Shown: piece by piece, positions 30,696 through 41,600 of the stretch | Numbering within the stretch: the first letter of the stretch is position 1 | Layout of the letters: each line of letters opens with the position of its first letter | Origin: Syntrophales bacterium | GTDB lineage: Bacteria > Desulfobacterota > Syntrophia > Syntrophales > UBA2210 | Reading direction: 5' to 3' | NCBI GenBank assembly: GCA_963666365.2 | Contig: CAXXNF010000002.1 | Location: 768,001 to 832,000 of the forward strand | Length of the DNA: 64,000 bases | Made by a program: the position numbers and the translations under genes | The notes under the pieces: model-generated | The model's input: only the letters and a program-made list of their open reading frames with translations | What the model was told of the DNA's origin: nothing | Databases searched by the model: none

Positions 30696-32189
30696 TCACA
30701 GTTTAGGCACCGCATGTTCTATAATGCTCACGATAATCGGCTGATTATATATTCCGATAAGCACCGTGATCAGGGCGATGATTATCGTGGGGATCAACAT
30801 ACTGGCAGGCGCCTCCGCTATGTGTGAACCTTCGGGCGCACCTGCATGAATATCGTCATGCCCGTTCTCTCCGTAATACCCGATTTCTATTATTCTGAAG
30901 AAAAGAACAACATTCACAAGACTCGAAAAGAGCAGCGCCGCCATAAAGGCCCAGTTTTCATTTACAACGGCGCCCTGTATAAGATACCACTTACTGAAAA
31001 ATCCACAGGTAGGCGGTACCCCTATGACCGACAGCGCTACCGTGATCAACGCCACCATTGTAAAGGGCATTTTCTTGAAAATACCCTTAAAGTCCGAAAG
31101 GTTGTGGCTTTTCATTTTGTAAGTGACAATACCCGCTACGGCAAAGAGTCCCACGGTCATGACCACATCATTCATTATATGAAGAATCGCGCCTTTGATT
31201 GCCACTGCGTTTGCCAACCCTACGCCTCCCACAATGTAGCCTACCTCGGCTACCACGATATAGCAGAGCATCCTCTTAAAATCAACCTGGGCAAGCGCCA
31301 TAACCGCACCGACGATGATTGCCGCAATCCCCGCGACCATCATAATTTTCGGAAGGGGCATCAGTTCAAGTGAAAAGTATGGCCGAAAGACGGTAAACAT
31401 AATGCGAAGCATGACATAAATAGCAATTTTTGTCATAAGCGGCGCAATCAGTGCGCTCGCCACGGAAGGCGCTTTGGTATATGCATCGGGAAGCCAGACA
31501 TGGAGAGGAAACAGGGCCATTTTAAGTGCGATTCCCACCATAAAAAAGGCGAAGGCCACCAGCACAACCTTGGAACCATAAAGCTCGGGGAGAATCTTTC
31601 CGAGATCGGCCATATTGAGAGATCCGGTCACCATATAGAGATATCCCACCCCGATGAGATAGAAGCAGGCGCCCACGGTGCCGAGGATGATGTAGCGGAA
31701 GCTGGCCAACGGCGCCCCCTCTTCCCCCACGGCGATCAATGCATAACCGGCAAGGGAGGCAATCTCCAGGAATACATAAAGATTGAATACATCGCCGGTA
31801 ATGACGATTCCCAGAAATCCGGTAACCTGGAGAAGATATACGGTATAAAAATATACTGCTTTATCGGGCAGTTCCAGCTCTACACTGCGCCGAGAGTACA
31901 GTGCAACCAGCAATGCAGTTCCTGTAATAAGGACCAGCATCAGGGCGTTGAGATGATCGATCACATACTCAATGCCCCACGGCGGCAACCAGCTTCCGAG
32001 GTAGTAGTGAACAGGGCCCTGCGAAATAACGGTCGTCAAGACGGAGACCGCGCATATCGTGGCCAGAAAGAGTGCAAAAGATACCCAGGGATAACAGAGC
32101 TCTTTTTTCAACACACCGATCAAGGGGGTAATCAAAGCACACATGAGCGGGATTATCACTATTAGAACCGGCGCCTGTTGAGTCATCAT
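30696..32189 (-). CDS. mrpD: Mrp antiporter subunit D
   Basis: PPWGIE, GDVFNLYVFLEI, KMALFPLHVWLPDAY, PPTCGFFSKW. Confidence 0.92.
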   Translation of the reverse strand: MMTQQAPVLIVIIPLMCALITPLIGVLKKELCYPWVSFALFLATICAVSVLTTVISQGPVHYYLGSWLPPWGIEYVIDHLNALMLVLITGTALLVALYSRRSVELELPDKAVYFYTVYLLQVTGFLGIVITGDVFNLYVFLEIASLAGYALIAVGEEGAPLASFRYIILGTVGACFYLIGVGYLYMVTGSLNMADLGKILPELYGSKVVLVAFAFFMVGIALKMALFPLHVWLPDAYTKAPSVASALIAPLMTKIAIYVMLRIMFTVFRPYFSLELMPLPKIMMVAGIAAIIVGAVMALAQVDFKRMLCYIVVAEVGYIVGGVGLANAVAIKGAILHIMNDVVMTVGLFAVAGIVTYKMKSHNLSDFKGIFKKMPFTMVALITVALSVIGVPPTCGFFSKWYLIQGAVVNENWAFMAALLFSSLVNVVLFFRIIEIGYYGENGHDDIHAGAPEGSHIAEAPASMLIPTIIIALITVLIGIYNQPIIVSIIEHAVPKL

Positions 32190-32572
32190 CGTTTCGATAC
32201 CTTTAGGATCTCGTCTTCTTCAAGGGTGTGATATTTGCGGTAGATCATGATTGCAACGGCAAGTGCGACTCCCAATGTTGCAACCATAACCACGATTGCC
32301 GTCAGCATGAGCACATGGGGCAGAGGATTGAGATACTGCGCCGTTTCGATGACATGGTGTCCATGCATATCGGCGTCGCTCAAAATAGGCAATGTAGCCC
32401 CCCCTCTTTTATAGGCGATAGAAATATAAAAAAGAATAATCGCCGTTTGAAAGATGTTCATGCCGATAATTTTTTTTATCAGATTGTTTTTTGCAATCAT
32501 GGCATAAAACCCGATCATCATAAGGACGATGTATATCCAGAAATTGTATTTTGCCACTATAAAATCTATCAT
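32186..32572 (-). CDS. mrpC: Mrp antiporter subunit C
   Basis: NLIKKIIG, NPLPHVLMLTAIVV; ATG 32572 overlaps upstream stop. Confidence 0.92.
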   Translation of the reverse strand: MIDFIVAKYNFWIYIVLMMIGFYAMIAKNNLIKKIIGMNIFQTAIILFYISIAYKRGGATLPILSDADMHGHHVIETAQYLNPLPHVLMLTAIVVMVATLGVALAVAIMIYRKYHTLEEDEILKVSKR

Positions 32573-32862
32573 TGTCCCCCCCTGGAGAGCTGCTTCTTCC
32601 GTCTTCGAAGGAGCAAAATACATGACAGGCCGGCCGTGAAAATAACCGTTGTTTCGCCCAGAGTATCGTATCCCCGATAATCGGCCAGAATCGAGGTCAC
32701 GATATTCGGTGTTGCCGTTTCTATCTCCGTTCTTTCTATGTAGCGTGGTGATACATGACTGCTTGCCGGAGAGTCGGGATCACCCCATGAGGGCATATCG
32801 ATCGTGCCGTAAATGAGGAGCGCCCCTGAAATTATGGTAACGATCAATCCAAGGATTCTCAA
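32569..32862 (-). CDS. MbhE-like subunit (C-terminal part of split MrpA)
   Basis: PNIVTSILADYRGYDTLGETTVIF. Confidence 0.85.
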   Translation of the reverse strand: MRILGLIVTIISGALLIYGTIDMPSWGDPDSPASSHVSPRYIERTEIETATPNIVTSILADYRGYDTLGETTVIFTAGLSCILLLRRRKKQLSRGGQ

Positions 32863-33104
32863 TCTTTTGACCTCCTTGTCGTTTGCATCAACGCTGCAAT
32901 GAGAAGGATTGTGCCGATGCCTGCACTCACCGATGCTTCGGTGAAAGCCACATCAACAGCGCCCATCTGCGCCCACATAAGACACATGAAAAAACTGTAT
33001 GCCCCCAAAATCATGACGGCGCTGAGAAGATCCTTCACCGTGATGGCGGCAATGGCGCAGATGATGATGAATATTTGCAGTATGATATCGAAATAAACCG
33101 TCAT
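32859..33104 (-). CDS. MbhD/DUF4040 subunit (part of split MrpA)
   Basis: Three TMs, DLLSAV, GAVDVAFTEASV. Confidence 0.85.
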   Translation of the reverse strand: MTVYFDIILQIFIIICAIAAITVKDLLSAVMILGAYSFFMCLMWAQMGAVDVAFTEASVSAGIGTILLIAALMQTTRRSKD

Positions 33105-33415
33105 TGTTCCTCTTTCTCCTTCATCCAGGGGGTAAGCCCCGATCTCATGCCGGCTCGCGATATTGCGTGGGTGGCCGTGGGTTGGGCAATGAACATAAAC
33201 ACGGCGATTATTGCAATCTTGAGCCCCGTCAGGGAAAATCCCTCATAAAACGCCAAACCGAGAAGCGAAAGAAACACGGCCAGCGTGTCCCCCTTTCCCG
33301 TTGCATGAAGTCGTGTGAAAAAATCAGGGAACCGGAGTAGCCCGATGGTAGCCGTCGCAAAGAAAAAGAGGCCTCCCAGCAAACAGATGATGGACAACAG
33401 TATCATGAGCGTCAT
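33101..33415 (-). CDS. mrpG: Mrp antiporter subunit G
   Basis: IGLLRFPDFFTRLHATGK, PTATHAISRA; true start probably ATG 33415. Confidence 0.92.
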   Translation of the reverse strand: MTLMILLSIICLLGGLFFFATATIGLLRFPDFFTRLHATGKGDTLAVFLSLLGLAFYEGFSLTGLKIAIIAVFMFIAQPTATHAISRAGMRSGLTPWMKEKEEQ

Positions 33416-33420
33416 ATCAT

Positions 33421-33681
33421 TCACTCCTGCGATTCGAGATACTTGGCCGCTGCAATGCACCCGATGAAATTCAAAAGCGCATAGACCATGCTGATGTCGA
33501 TAAACATGTCCACTCGTTGATACAGAAGACCAAATATGAGTAGCAATACAAGGGTTTTCGTTCCGATTGCCGAAATGGCGGCCACACGATTGAACACGCC
33601 TGGACCAAATATCACTCGATAGAGTGCAAGAAACACCAAAAAACAGAGGCATAATCCAACTGCGGTAAAAAAATAATTCAT
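33421..33681 (-). CDS. mrpF: Mrp antiporter subunit F
   Basis: YRVIFGPGVFNRV, DISMVYALLNFIG..AKYL. Confidence 0.9.
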   Translation of the reverse strand: MNYFFTAVGLCLCFLVFLALYRVIFGPGVFNRVAAISAIGTKTLVLLLIFGLLYQRVDMFIDISMVYALLNFIGCIAAAKYLESQE

Positions 33682-33758
33682 TGAAATCTCCAACGCTGCG
33701 TTACGAATCGGTTATTATCGCAATGAGTTGCCGACTTCATTCCGGCGATACTCGTAAT

Positions 33759-34223
33759 CTAGAGGCGATCGTCCTTATCTTCAGGTGAATACCCACCCGT
33801 TGAGATGTCGAAAAATATGGAAAACATGACCGCCATTACCGCAAAACCAACGCCTATTTCAACGCCAAGAATGCCCAATGACCGGGCATGGGCCGCATCA
33901 ACGTGAAGAATCAGTGCCAAGCGGCTGTAATCGAGATAATTTCCGAGGAGAATCAGACAGAGGAGTCCTATTCCCGCATAGATGAGCACACCCACACTGC
34001 TTAAAAGAAGCGCCACTTTTTCAGTCATGCGCTCTTTCGATTCCTCGTAGCCATGGGTCAGAAAAAGCAGCACCATGCTCGCACCGAGAATTACCCCTCC
34101 CTGAAAACCTCCACCGGGACTGTAATGGCCGTGCATGATTACATAGAGTGCAAAGATCTGTATGAAAGGTATAAGAATCCGTGCGATGGTTCTGATGATG
34201 ATATCTTCGCTTTGTATAATCAT
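33759..34223 (-). CDS. mrpB: Mrp antiporter subunit B
   Basis: GHYSPGGGFQGG, EIGVG. Confidence 0.92.
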   Translation of the reverse strand: MIIQSEDIIIRTIARILIPFIQIFALYVIMHGHYSPGGGFQGGVILGASMVLLFLTHGYEESKERMTEKVALLLSSVGVLIYAGIGLLCLILLGNYLDYSRLALILHVDAAHARSLGILGVEIGVGFAVMAVMFSIFFDISTGGYSPEDKDDRL

Positions 34224-34241
34224 TGTCCTGCATCCTCTGCG

Positions 34242-34955
34242 TTATTTGAGCGCGGCAAAAATACGCGCCACGTCAAGAACATCCTGGATATAGATATGAT
34301 CTGCTTCCATGAAAATGTGAGCGATGCGGTCTTCCATCTCTCCTGCATTGAGGTCTTCGGCCACCTTGGCGGAAAGCGCATGAACGACAAATTCATTGCC
34401 GGTAATGTCAACAGTAACGGTGCCGGGCGTCAACGTGATGGAGTTTGCGAAGGCAACCCAGGAAATATCGCTCTCCAGCTTTGTCCGGTATCGTATGATC
34501 TGCGGATCAATGGGCATTTTGGGGGAAAGCGCCAAATAGGCGACGTGAAAATTGGACACGATGATCTGATAAACATGCCAGGGAACATAGGCCAGGAACC
34601 GCTGGACGATGACCCTGATATCGCCTATTCTGATATTTGCAAAGAGCAGATCATGACTCAGGAAGGCGATGATAAGCGAACACAGCACGCCAAGGGTAAG
34701 GTGAAAGGAGTCGAATTTGCCGGACAGCAGGGCCCAGAACACCATCAATATGGCAAAGGTGACAAGGAAGTTGAGAAAACTCGACTGCGCCTCATGGGCG
34801 CCCTTTAGAATTGCCTTTAGTTTGCGCTCCTGTATCTCTCGTGTTTCCGATGTTAATCGCGTGGCTGTATCAAGGATTCCAACGGCCTGCATTTTCGCCT
34901 TCTCCATCACTTGAAAGGCGTCATCGGTAGCCTGAATCAAAAGAGTAACTTCCAT
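34242..34955 (-). CDS. mrpE: Mrp antiporter subunit E with N-terminal extension
   Basis: FWALLSG, ANSITLTPGTVTVD, VHAL. Confidence 0.9.
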   Translation of the reverse strand: MEVTLLIQATDDAFQVMEKAKMQAVGILDTATRLTSETREIQERKLKAILKGAHEAQSSFLNFLVTFAILMVFWALLSGKFDSFHLTLGVLCSLIIAFLSHDLLFANIRIGDIRVIVQRFLAYVPWHVYQIIVSNFHVAYLALSPKMPIDPQIIRYRTKLESDISWVAFANSITLTPGTVTVDITGNEFVVHALSAKVAEDLNAGEMEDRIAHIFMEADHIYIQDVLDVARIFAALK

Positions 34956-34968
34956 CTGTTTTCGATCC

Positions 34969-35727
34969 TCACTGTCCCTGATTCTTTGAAGGTACTATGG
35001 CAACCGGGATGGTTGAGTTCAGTATCACGTCATAGGGAACACTTTTTTTGAAAAGGCGCTGCATAAAGGGCCGCTTCTGTCGTGCAGCGATAACAATGGC
35101 GGTCGCCTTATAGTCTCGCGAGGCGGTAACAATCTCTTCATCCACCTCACCGGCATAGATATGCGCCTCGGCATCGATTCCCGCTTCAAGGCAGCGTTCG
35201 CGTGTGTTCTGGAGCCGTTCCTTCAACTGGCGCATATCTTTTACGGTGAGTTTCTGATTGATAACATGAATAATTTCCAGCTCTCGGATGCCTGTTCCCA
35301 ACTGGATAATGAACCTCAGCGCCTCTTCGGAAGGAGCACTCCAGTCCGTTGCGAAGACCACATGATCCGTCAATGGCAGGGTTAAGGGTTCGCCCTTCGT
35401 CACCACGATCGGTACGGGTGTTTTCTTTAAGAGTGCAGGTATAATGGCTTCATAGCGATGATCGGCAACATGAAGGGCAATTAACGACGCCTTCTTTTGG
35501 ATGGCGCAATCGATGATAATATCAGCCGTAAGGATTTCGCATATCTCATGACCCGTTTTAATGGATGGGTCACCCATTCTTTGCACGGGCACTTTAGCGG
35601 CGGCCGGGGATATACAGACAACCTCCCCCTGTGCGTTGCCCCACAAAGAAGTCATGTGCTCCAGTATCGCGCATGTAGTATCGAGATCGGATGAATCCGT
35701 CGCATACAATAATAGATTCTTTCCCAT
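34969..35727 (-). CDS. Universal stress protein (tandem USP, first domain degenerate)
   Basis: VVFATDWSAPSEEAL, C-terminal NSTIPVAIVP. Confidence 0.8.
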   Translation of the reverse strand: MGKNLLLYATDSSDLDTTCAILEHMTSLWGNAQGEVVCISPAAAKVPVQRMGDPSIKTGHEICEILTADIIIDCAIQKKASLIALHVADHRYEAIIPALLKKTPVPIVVTKGEPLTLPLTDHVVFATDWSAPSEEALRFIIQLGTGIRELEIIHVINQKLTVKDMRQLKERLQNTRERCLEAGIDAEAHIYAGEVDEEIVTASRDYKATAIVIAARQKRPFMQRLFKKSVPYDVILNSTIPVAIVPSKNQGQ

Positions 35728-35755
35728 GTACCCCCCTGGAAGATCACGTGCAGAT

Positions 35756-36646
35756 TCAGTTTGACACGCTTTCGTCAGCAGGAATCAGCAGTATTGGAAG
35801 CGCAGTAAATTTCACCAGTTTCGTTGCAACGCCGCCCAGAAGGCGCTCCTTGAGAGAATTCACTCCTGTCGTACCCGCAACGATCATTGTTGCTTCCCGT
35901 TCTCTTGCCGCTTTTTCTAATTGCTCGCTCGTATCGCCAATATAGAGATGGGATTCCGTCTGAATGCCCTGTTGCTCAAATGTGTCGCAGATTTTCTCCA
36001 TTTTCTGCTTGTTTTCTTTCCTCACCGACTGAATTTCCATCGAGGATGAACCCTTGAATTCTTTTTCGCTCGCCACATGCACCACTACCACGCTTTTAAT
36101 AATCTCTTTATATTGCAGAAGATGCTGTGCGGATCGTTCGCTTGCAGGCGACCAGTCCATAGCCAAGAGCGGTCGCTCAAAGGGTCGCTCGTTGACGGCG
36201 CCCGAGGGGAGGATGTATTTGTACACAAGCACCGGCTTTGAGGTTCTCTGGAGTATGTCGAGCGTTTCGGAACCGCCGTATATTTCTTCCAGCTTTCCCT
36301 GCTTGTGGTATCCCGTCACAATGAGATCCACATCCTCTTCGGCGGCCGTGGATATGATTTTAGGGAGCGGATTGCCCACAACAATGTAGGCGCCTACTTC
36401 CATTCCTTGCTCAAAGAGACTTTCGGCCCAATCAATAAACCGTACGTTCGCTATTTCCCTGAGTTTGACCTCTTCGTCTTTCAGATATCCCTTGCCGCGG
36501 TGCATCGCCACCTTTTCCCGGGCAATCACATGAAGGAACACGGCATGATTGAATCCTGTTTTACGCAGGTCCATCAATGATTCCAAGGCATCGAACCACA
36601 GTTCTTCAAATTGGGTCACAAAGAGCAATTTTTTATTTTTCATCAC
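35756..36646 (-). CDS. Universal stress protein (tandem USP domains)
   Basis: GNPLPKI..DLIVTG..GGSET..PVLV; MIVAGTTG..LLGGVATKLV..PILLIP. Confidence 0.88.
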   Translation of the reverse strand: MMKNKKLLFVTQFEELWFDALESLMDLRKTGFNHAVFLHVIAREKVAMHRGKGYLKDEEVKLREIANVRFIDWAESLFEQGMEVGAYIVVGNPLPKIISTAAEEDVDLIVTGYHKQGKLEEIYGGSETLDILQRTSKPVLVYKYILPSGAVNERPFERPLLAMDWSPASERSAQHLLQYKEIIKSVVVVHVASEKEFKGSSSMEIQSVRKENKQKMEKICDTFEQQGIQTESHLYIGDTSEQLEKAAREREATMIVAGTTGVNSLKERLLGGVATKLVKFTALPILLIPADESVSN

Positions 36647-36671
36647 ATCCTCTACTCGTGCGATAGCAATT

Positions 36672-37064
36672 TCAGCCGATCATGTCTTTTATCGCTTCAG
36701 CCAACTCATCAGGCTCAACAGGCTTTTCTATGTACATGTCCGGTTCAGGCACCGGCAGATCGCCAAATTCAGTCAACGCTTCCTGGGAACGAAGGAACGT
36801 TCGCTTGGCAATTCCCGACAGGATAATAACGGGAATGTTTTTCAGTAAATCGTCACTCTTGAGTTCACGGTACATTTTAATACCGCTCTGCTTGGGCATC
36901 AGCACATCGAGTATTACAAGGTCGGGGTTCTCCTCCTTTGCAATGGCAAGCCCCATTTCTCCGTTTTTCGCTACAATAGGGATATAGCCGTTTTCTTCCA
37001 GCACCGTTTTTACAAATGCGCTGATATCGGGATCATCATCTACGGTGAGCACCTTCTTTGGCAT
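36672..37064 (-). CDS. Stand-alone response regulator receiver protein
   Basis: VDDD, PDLVILDVLMP, EKP; no output domain; AGGAGG SD before ATG 37064. Confidence 0.92.
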   Translation of the reverse strand: MPKKVLTVDDDPDISAFVKTVLEENGYIPIVAKNGEMGLAIAKEENPDLVILDVLMPKQSGIKMYRELKSDDLLKNIPVIILSGIAKRTFLRSQEALTEFGDLPVPEPDMYIEKPVEPDELAEAIKDMIG

Positions 37065-37107
37065 GCCAGCCCTCCTTCGTTTTATAATCGCAGACACAAA
37101 GTGATTA

Positions 37108-38640
37108 TTAGGAAACCTTTCTGTAAGGCAGACGCATTGTAAAGCTTGAACCTTTTCCCACCCTGGAAGATACTTTTATCGTGCCGCCGTGCTCCTGAAT
37201 GAGTTTTTGCGTGACCAAAAGGCCGAGCCCGGTACCTCTTCCTCCTTTTGTGCTGAAAAAGGCCGTGAAAAGTTTCCCCTTCACTTCGTCGCTCATTCCC
37301 GCGCCATTGTCTTTCACTTCAAACCGGATAATATTATCTTCTTCACCTTTGGTTTTCACCACAATTCGATGTTTCTTTTTAGTCACATCGAGATCATATA
37401 TACATGCATCTATTGCATTCGATACCAGGTTAAGCAGTGATCGGTGGATTGCATTGGGGTCCATTGACACTTCCCCGATGGATAAATCGAACTCCGTGAG
37501 TATCTCGACCTCGTTTTCCACCGCCTTCGTCTCCATCAACTCGCACACGTCCTGCGCAATGTCATTGGGAGAGCATTCCTGATATTCCGGTTCACGTTCT
37601 TTTGAATAGGATAGAAGATCGGCAACCAGGGACGATACGCGGGCCACGTTCTTCTGAACCATATTCCAGCCAGTTTTTAGCTTATCCCTATCATTCTTGT
37701 CAAGACCAATATTTACAATATAGGTCCCTCCTTTGAGGCCGGTGAGAATATTTTTTATGTAGTGGGCAAGTCTTGCCACGGTCTGTCCGATCGCCGCAAG
37801 CCTCTCGGAGTTGACTAATTCCTGTTGAAGTCGTTTTATTTCACGCAAGTCCTGAAAGAATCCCACGCTGCCGATAATGGCGTCTCCGTCGAAAAGGAGC
37901 GTCCCCGAAAACTGAGTCGGCACCGATGATTCGTCCTTTCCGCGGATTTCCACTTCTTTCCATCCCCACCCTTTTTTGTCGCGTCTCCTGCGAAATCCGC
38001 TTGAGTATTCTTTAGCAATATCAGGCGGGTACAGCTGCGTAAAATGCATTTTCCTTATAACTTCCAGTCGTGAGTATCCAAATATCCGCTCAGCGCCGGG
38101 ATTGAAAATGATAATCATTCCGTCTTCATCGGTGGCAACAATTCCATCATTGGAACTAGTAATAAGCTTATCCTGAAATACCGATTTTCTTTTTACCTCT
38201 CCTATGGCAATTTCGCACATATTTTCAAGATCATTCGTGTAGGCATTTAACTTTTCCCGCACTGCAATCTTTTCACGGGCCCGCTGAAGAGCCACCTGGA
38301 GCGCGGCATCTCTCACCGGCTTATTTATGAAATCGGACGCACCGTATTTGAGGGCGTCTATGGCCGAATCCATGTCGCCATGACCAGTAATAACAATAAC
38401 TTCCGCGTCAGGGTTTATATGCTTTACCTTTTTCAGCACCTCAATGCCGTTCATGCCCGGCATTTTCAGGTCGGTAAGCACAATCCCTGGCGCTTCCTTT
38501 TCAAAAAGATCGATTCCCTCGGTGCCGCTCTGTGCGGTAACGACTCGATATCCATCGCTCCTCAGGGATATTGAAAGCACCTGCAGTATAGCCTTTTCGT
38601 CATCGATAAATAATATTTTCTTGGGATCCATGGTTTTCAT
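37108..38640 (-). CDS. Hybrid REC-PAS-histidine kinase
   Basis: IDDE..TDLKMP..KP receiver; PAS (FNPGAERIFGY); LAHYIKN H-box, DNGAG, GTGLG. Confidence 0.92.
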   Translation of the reverse strand: MKTMDPKKILFIDDEKAILQVLSISLRSDGYRVVTAQSGTEGIDLFEKEAPGIVLTDLKMPGMNGIEVLKKVKHINPDAEVIVITGHGDMDSAIDALKYGASDFINKPVRDAALQVALQRAREKIAVREKLNAYTNDLENMCEIAIGEVKRKSVFQDKLITSSNDGIVATDEDGMIIIFNPGAERIFGYSRLEVIRKMHFTQLYPPDIAKEYSSGFRRRRDKKGWGWKEVEIRGKDESSVPTQFSGTLLFDGDAIIGSVGFFQDLREIKRLQQELVNSERLAAIGQTVARLAHYIKNILTGLKGGTYIVNIGLDKNDRDKLKTGWNMVQKNVARVSSLVADLLSYSKEREPEYQECSPNDIAQDVCELMETKAVENEVEILTEFDLSIGEVSMDPNAIHRSLLNLVSNAIDACIYDLDVTKKKHRIVVKTKGEEDNIIRFEVKDNGAGMSDEVKGKLFTAFFSTKGGRGTGLGLLVTQKLIQEHGGTIKVSSRVGKGSSFTMRLPYRKVS

Positions 38641-38657
38641 TTTCCCCGTAATGTGCG

Positions 38658-41600
38658 TTACGATATTGCGGGAAAGGAAAGCGTGAATGTAGTTCCCTTG
38701 TCAATCATGCTATCCACTTCGATTGTTCCCCCGTAGTCGGTCACGATGCCGTAGCTTATACTCATGCCGAGCCCCGTTCCCTTGCCCACTCCTTTGGTGG
38801 TAAAAAACGGTTCGAAGATCTTGTCCTTAACCTCTTCCGACATTCCCGTTCCGTTGTCAAAAACCGTCACTACAACCCGGTCATTCTCAGCGTACGACCG
38901 TATCTTAACGCACTTCCGCCTCTCCCCTTCTAACGGCCGTCTTCTCTCGTCAAGGGCGTCCATGGCATTGGTCACAAGGTTGATAAACACCTGTTCCATT
39001 CTATTGTGGTCGGCATTTATCGGAGAAATATCATCCTCCAGATCCAGCTCCACTTCTATCTGATGGACACGTAATTGCTGTCCGAGAATCTTAAATACAT
39101 CAAGAATAGGCTTGTTGATATTTATTTTATCACTGGTTACCTCCGATTGTCTTGAAAAATCTTTCATGTGCTTTATGGTGCTGGCCGCCCTCTGCACATT
39201 CTTTTCTATCTCTTCACACATCGCGTAGAGATCGTTGTCCTCTATCTTGTCGCCCCTTTTCAACGTCTTCATAAAAAAATCGGCACAGACCTGGATAACA
39301 TTGAGCGGCTGGTTTATTTCATGGGCAATGCCCGATGCCATGGTTCCCAGCGTTGCCATCTTGCTTGCCTGTATTAACTGCGTTTCCTTCTGCACATTTT
39401 CGGTGACATCCGGCGTGGTTGCAATCAGGCAATCACGGCCCATGAAGCGAATGGAACTGACATGCATGTCGACGAAAAACGACGCGCCGTTCCCTTTTCG
39501 ATGAAGCCGTTTCGGGAAAAACCGTGATTCATGAGATAGCATTCCACGAAGCTCATCGGCTAGTTTCTTGTCAGGCATATTCGCCAGATTTACAAAAGTC
39601 ATATTGAGAAAATCCTCTCTCCTGTATCCATAGCATTTCACGGCCGTCGCATTCACATCAAGTATCTTCAGCGAAGCTTTTTCAAAAATAAATATGGGAT
39701 TGGGATCTGCGTCGAACATGGAACGATATTTTTCTTCAGATAGTCGCAAATCGTGATAGGACGCTTCCAGTTCACGAGTTTTTTCTTTCACTTTAATTTC
39801 GAGACTTTTCCCGAACATTTTTGTTTCGTGGTGAAGTTGGGCGTTTTCTATCTGCAGTGACAAGTGGTTGCCTATAATTGAAAGCACATTTTTATCTTCT
39901 TCGGACAATTTGTTTGTCCGGTGACTTGATATCCGTATCACACCGAATACGCCCTTGTTTGAACTGAGCGGTATATAGGCGGCCGTTTTCAAACCTTCTT
40001 TCTGGGCATATTTTTTGTATGGAGTTTTGATGTGTTTCACATCCTCTAGAAACATCATCGTGCCCCTTCGCGCCACTTCGCCGATAATTCCGTCGGAACC
40101 AACAAAGCTTCCCGTTTTATAAAACGGGTCCCTGTATCCCATCGAGTAGGCAACGCGAAACACATCATTGTCTTCCCTCAGATACACACCGGCGCTGTCT
40201 ATATCAAGATGCGTTATTATGCCGGAAAGGGCAGCCTTCAGCGTCTCATCAAGATCGAGTGTTGCGGAAAAAGCGCTGGTAATTTCCCAGAGCGACGAAA
40301 GTTGCCTGATATGTTGCTCGCGCTCATTTTTGAGAAGTTTCGAATCGGTAATATCCCAGAATGTCTCTATGGCGCCTTCTACCGCCCCATCGGCCCCCTT
40401 TATAGGTGCCGCGGTGATATACAGCCAGCGACCCTTGCTGCCCATCTGAGGAAAAAAGTTTTCCGCCTCGTAGGCTCCTTCAATAAACCGAGAAACCCGC
40501 CCTTTCTCTCCGTAATAACGCCTTATTTCATTCAACCCCGCCCTGTCGACAAGCAGATCGGCAAGGATCGGCTTTTCGCCTGTATAAAAAGCCTCCCAGT
40601 GCTTTGCCGTTCCCACTATTTCCTTGGCCTTGTACCCTGTCAACCTTTCCAGGGCCCTGTTCCAGTGAATTATGGTATGATCCTTGTTGATCACAAATGC
40701 GGGAATGCTTATTCCCTCCACAATCTCAGAGAGGGTTTTTTCACGTTTTATCAGCTCTTTCTCGGCACGCGTTCGTTCGGTGATATCTTCATAGGCGGCA
40801 ACAACGGACTGATCCTTCAGCTCATCGCCGATTCGCGCACTGCGCATAACGCAGAGTATCTCGCTCCCATCTTTCCTGACACAGGGGAATTCATGGGTAA
40901 ACGACCGGTATTTCTTTAAGGTCTCATAGAGCAACATGCCTATTTGACGGTATTCCTCTTCACTCCGGTACAATATCCGGGTGTTCTTTCCTATCAGCTC
41001 CGCCGGCTTCCACCCAAACACAGATTCGGCCGCATCGTTGGCGAATTCGATCCGCCGGCGCCGCAATACAAGAACCGCCGTGGGGATCGCATCAAGAATC
41101 GATTCTTCCAGTGCAACCAGGTCTTCGAGAACCTGCTTCGCCTGCCGCTCGGCGCTGACATCCCAAAGCGTTTCTATGGCGCCTTGAAGCCTTCCGTCGA
41201 TCCCCCGTATGGGGGCCGCGGTAAAGTAAAGCCACTTCCCCGTTACCCCGAGGTTGGGAAAAAAATCTTCGGCCTGGTAGGCGCCTTTCAAAAGAGAAAA
41301 GGGACGCAATCGACTTCCATAATAACGTTGTATCCGATCCTTTGAAACCTTGTCGACAATAAAATCAGCTAAGCAGGGCTGATCTTCCGAATAGAACGCC
41401 TTCCATTGGTCGTTGGTACCTATCAGATCTTTGGCAGCATGTCCCGTCAGAACTTCCAGGGCCTTGTTCCAGTGAGTAATGGTGTGATTGTTATCAATGA
41501 CAAAAATGGGAATGGCGCTTCCCTGAATGATCTGTGATAGAACCCGCTCTCTTCGCACCAATTTCCGCTCAACGGTCTGAAGGTGGGCTGTCCTGTCGCC

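Noticed and set aside
33416..33652. N-terminal extension of mrpG in the ORF track
   Set aside because: Overlaps mrpF in another frame; ATG 33415 gives a normal-sized MrpG
34053..34808. 251-aa plus-strand ORF
   Set aside because: Antisense to mrpB/mrpE; no recognisable family
30696..34955. Membrane-bound hydrogenase (Mbh/Ehb) or complex I
   Set aside because: No NiFe large/small, NuoH-like or ferredoxin subunits in the window; only the antiporter module is present
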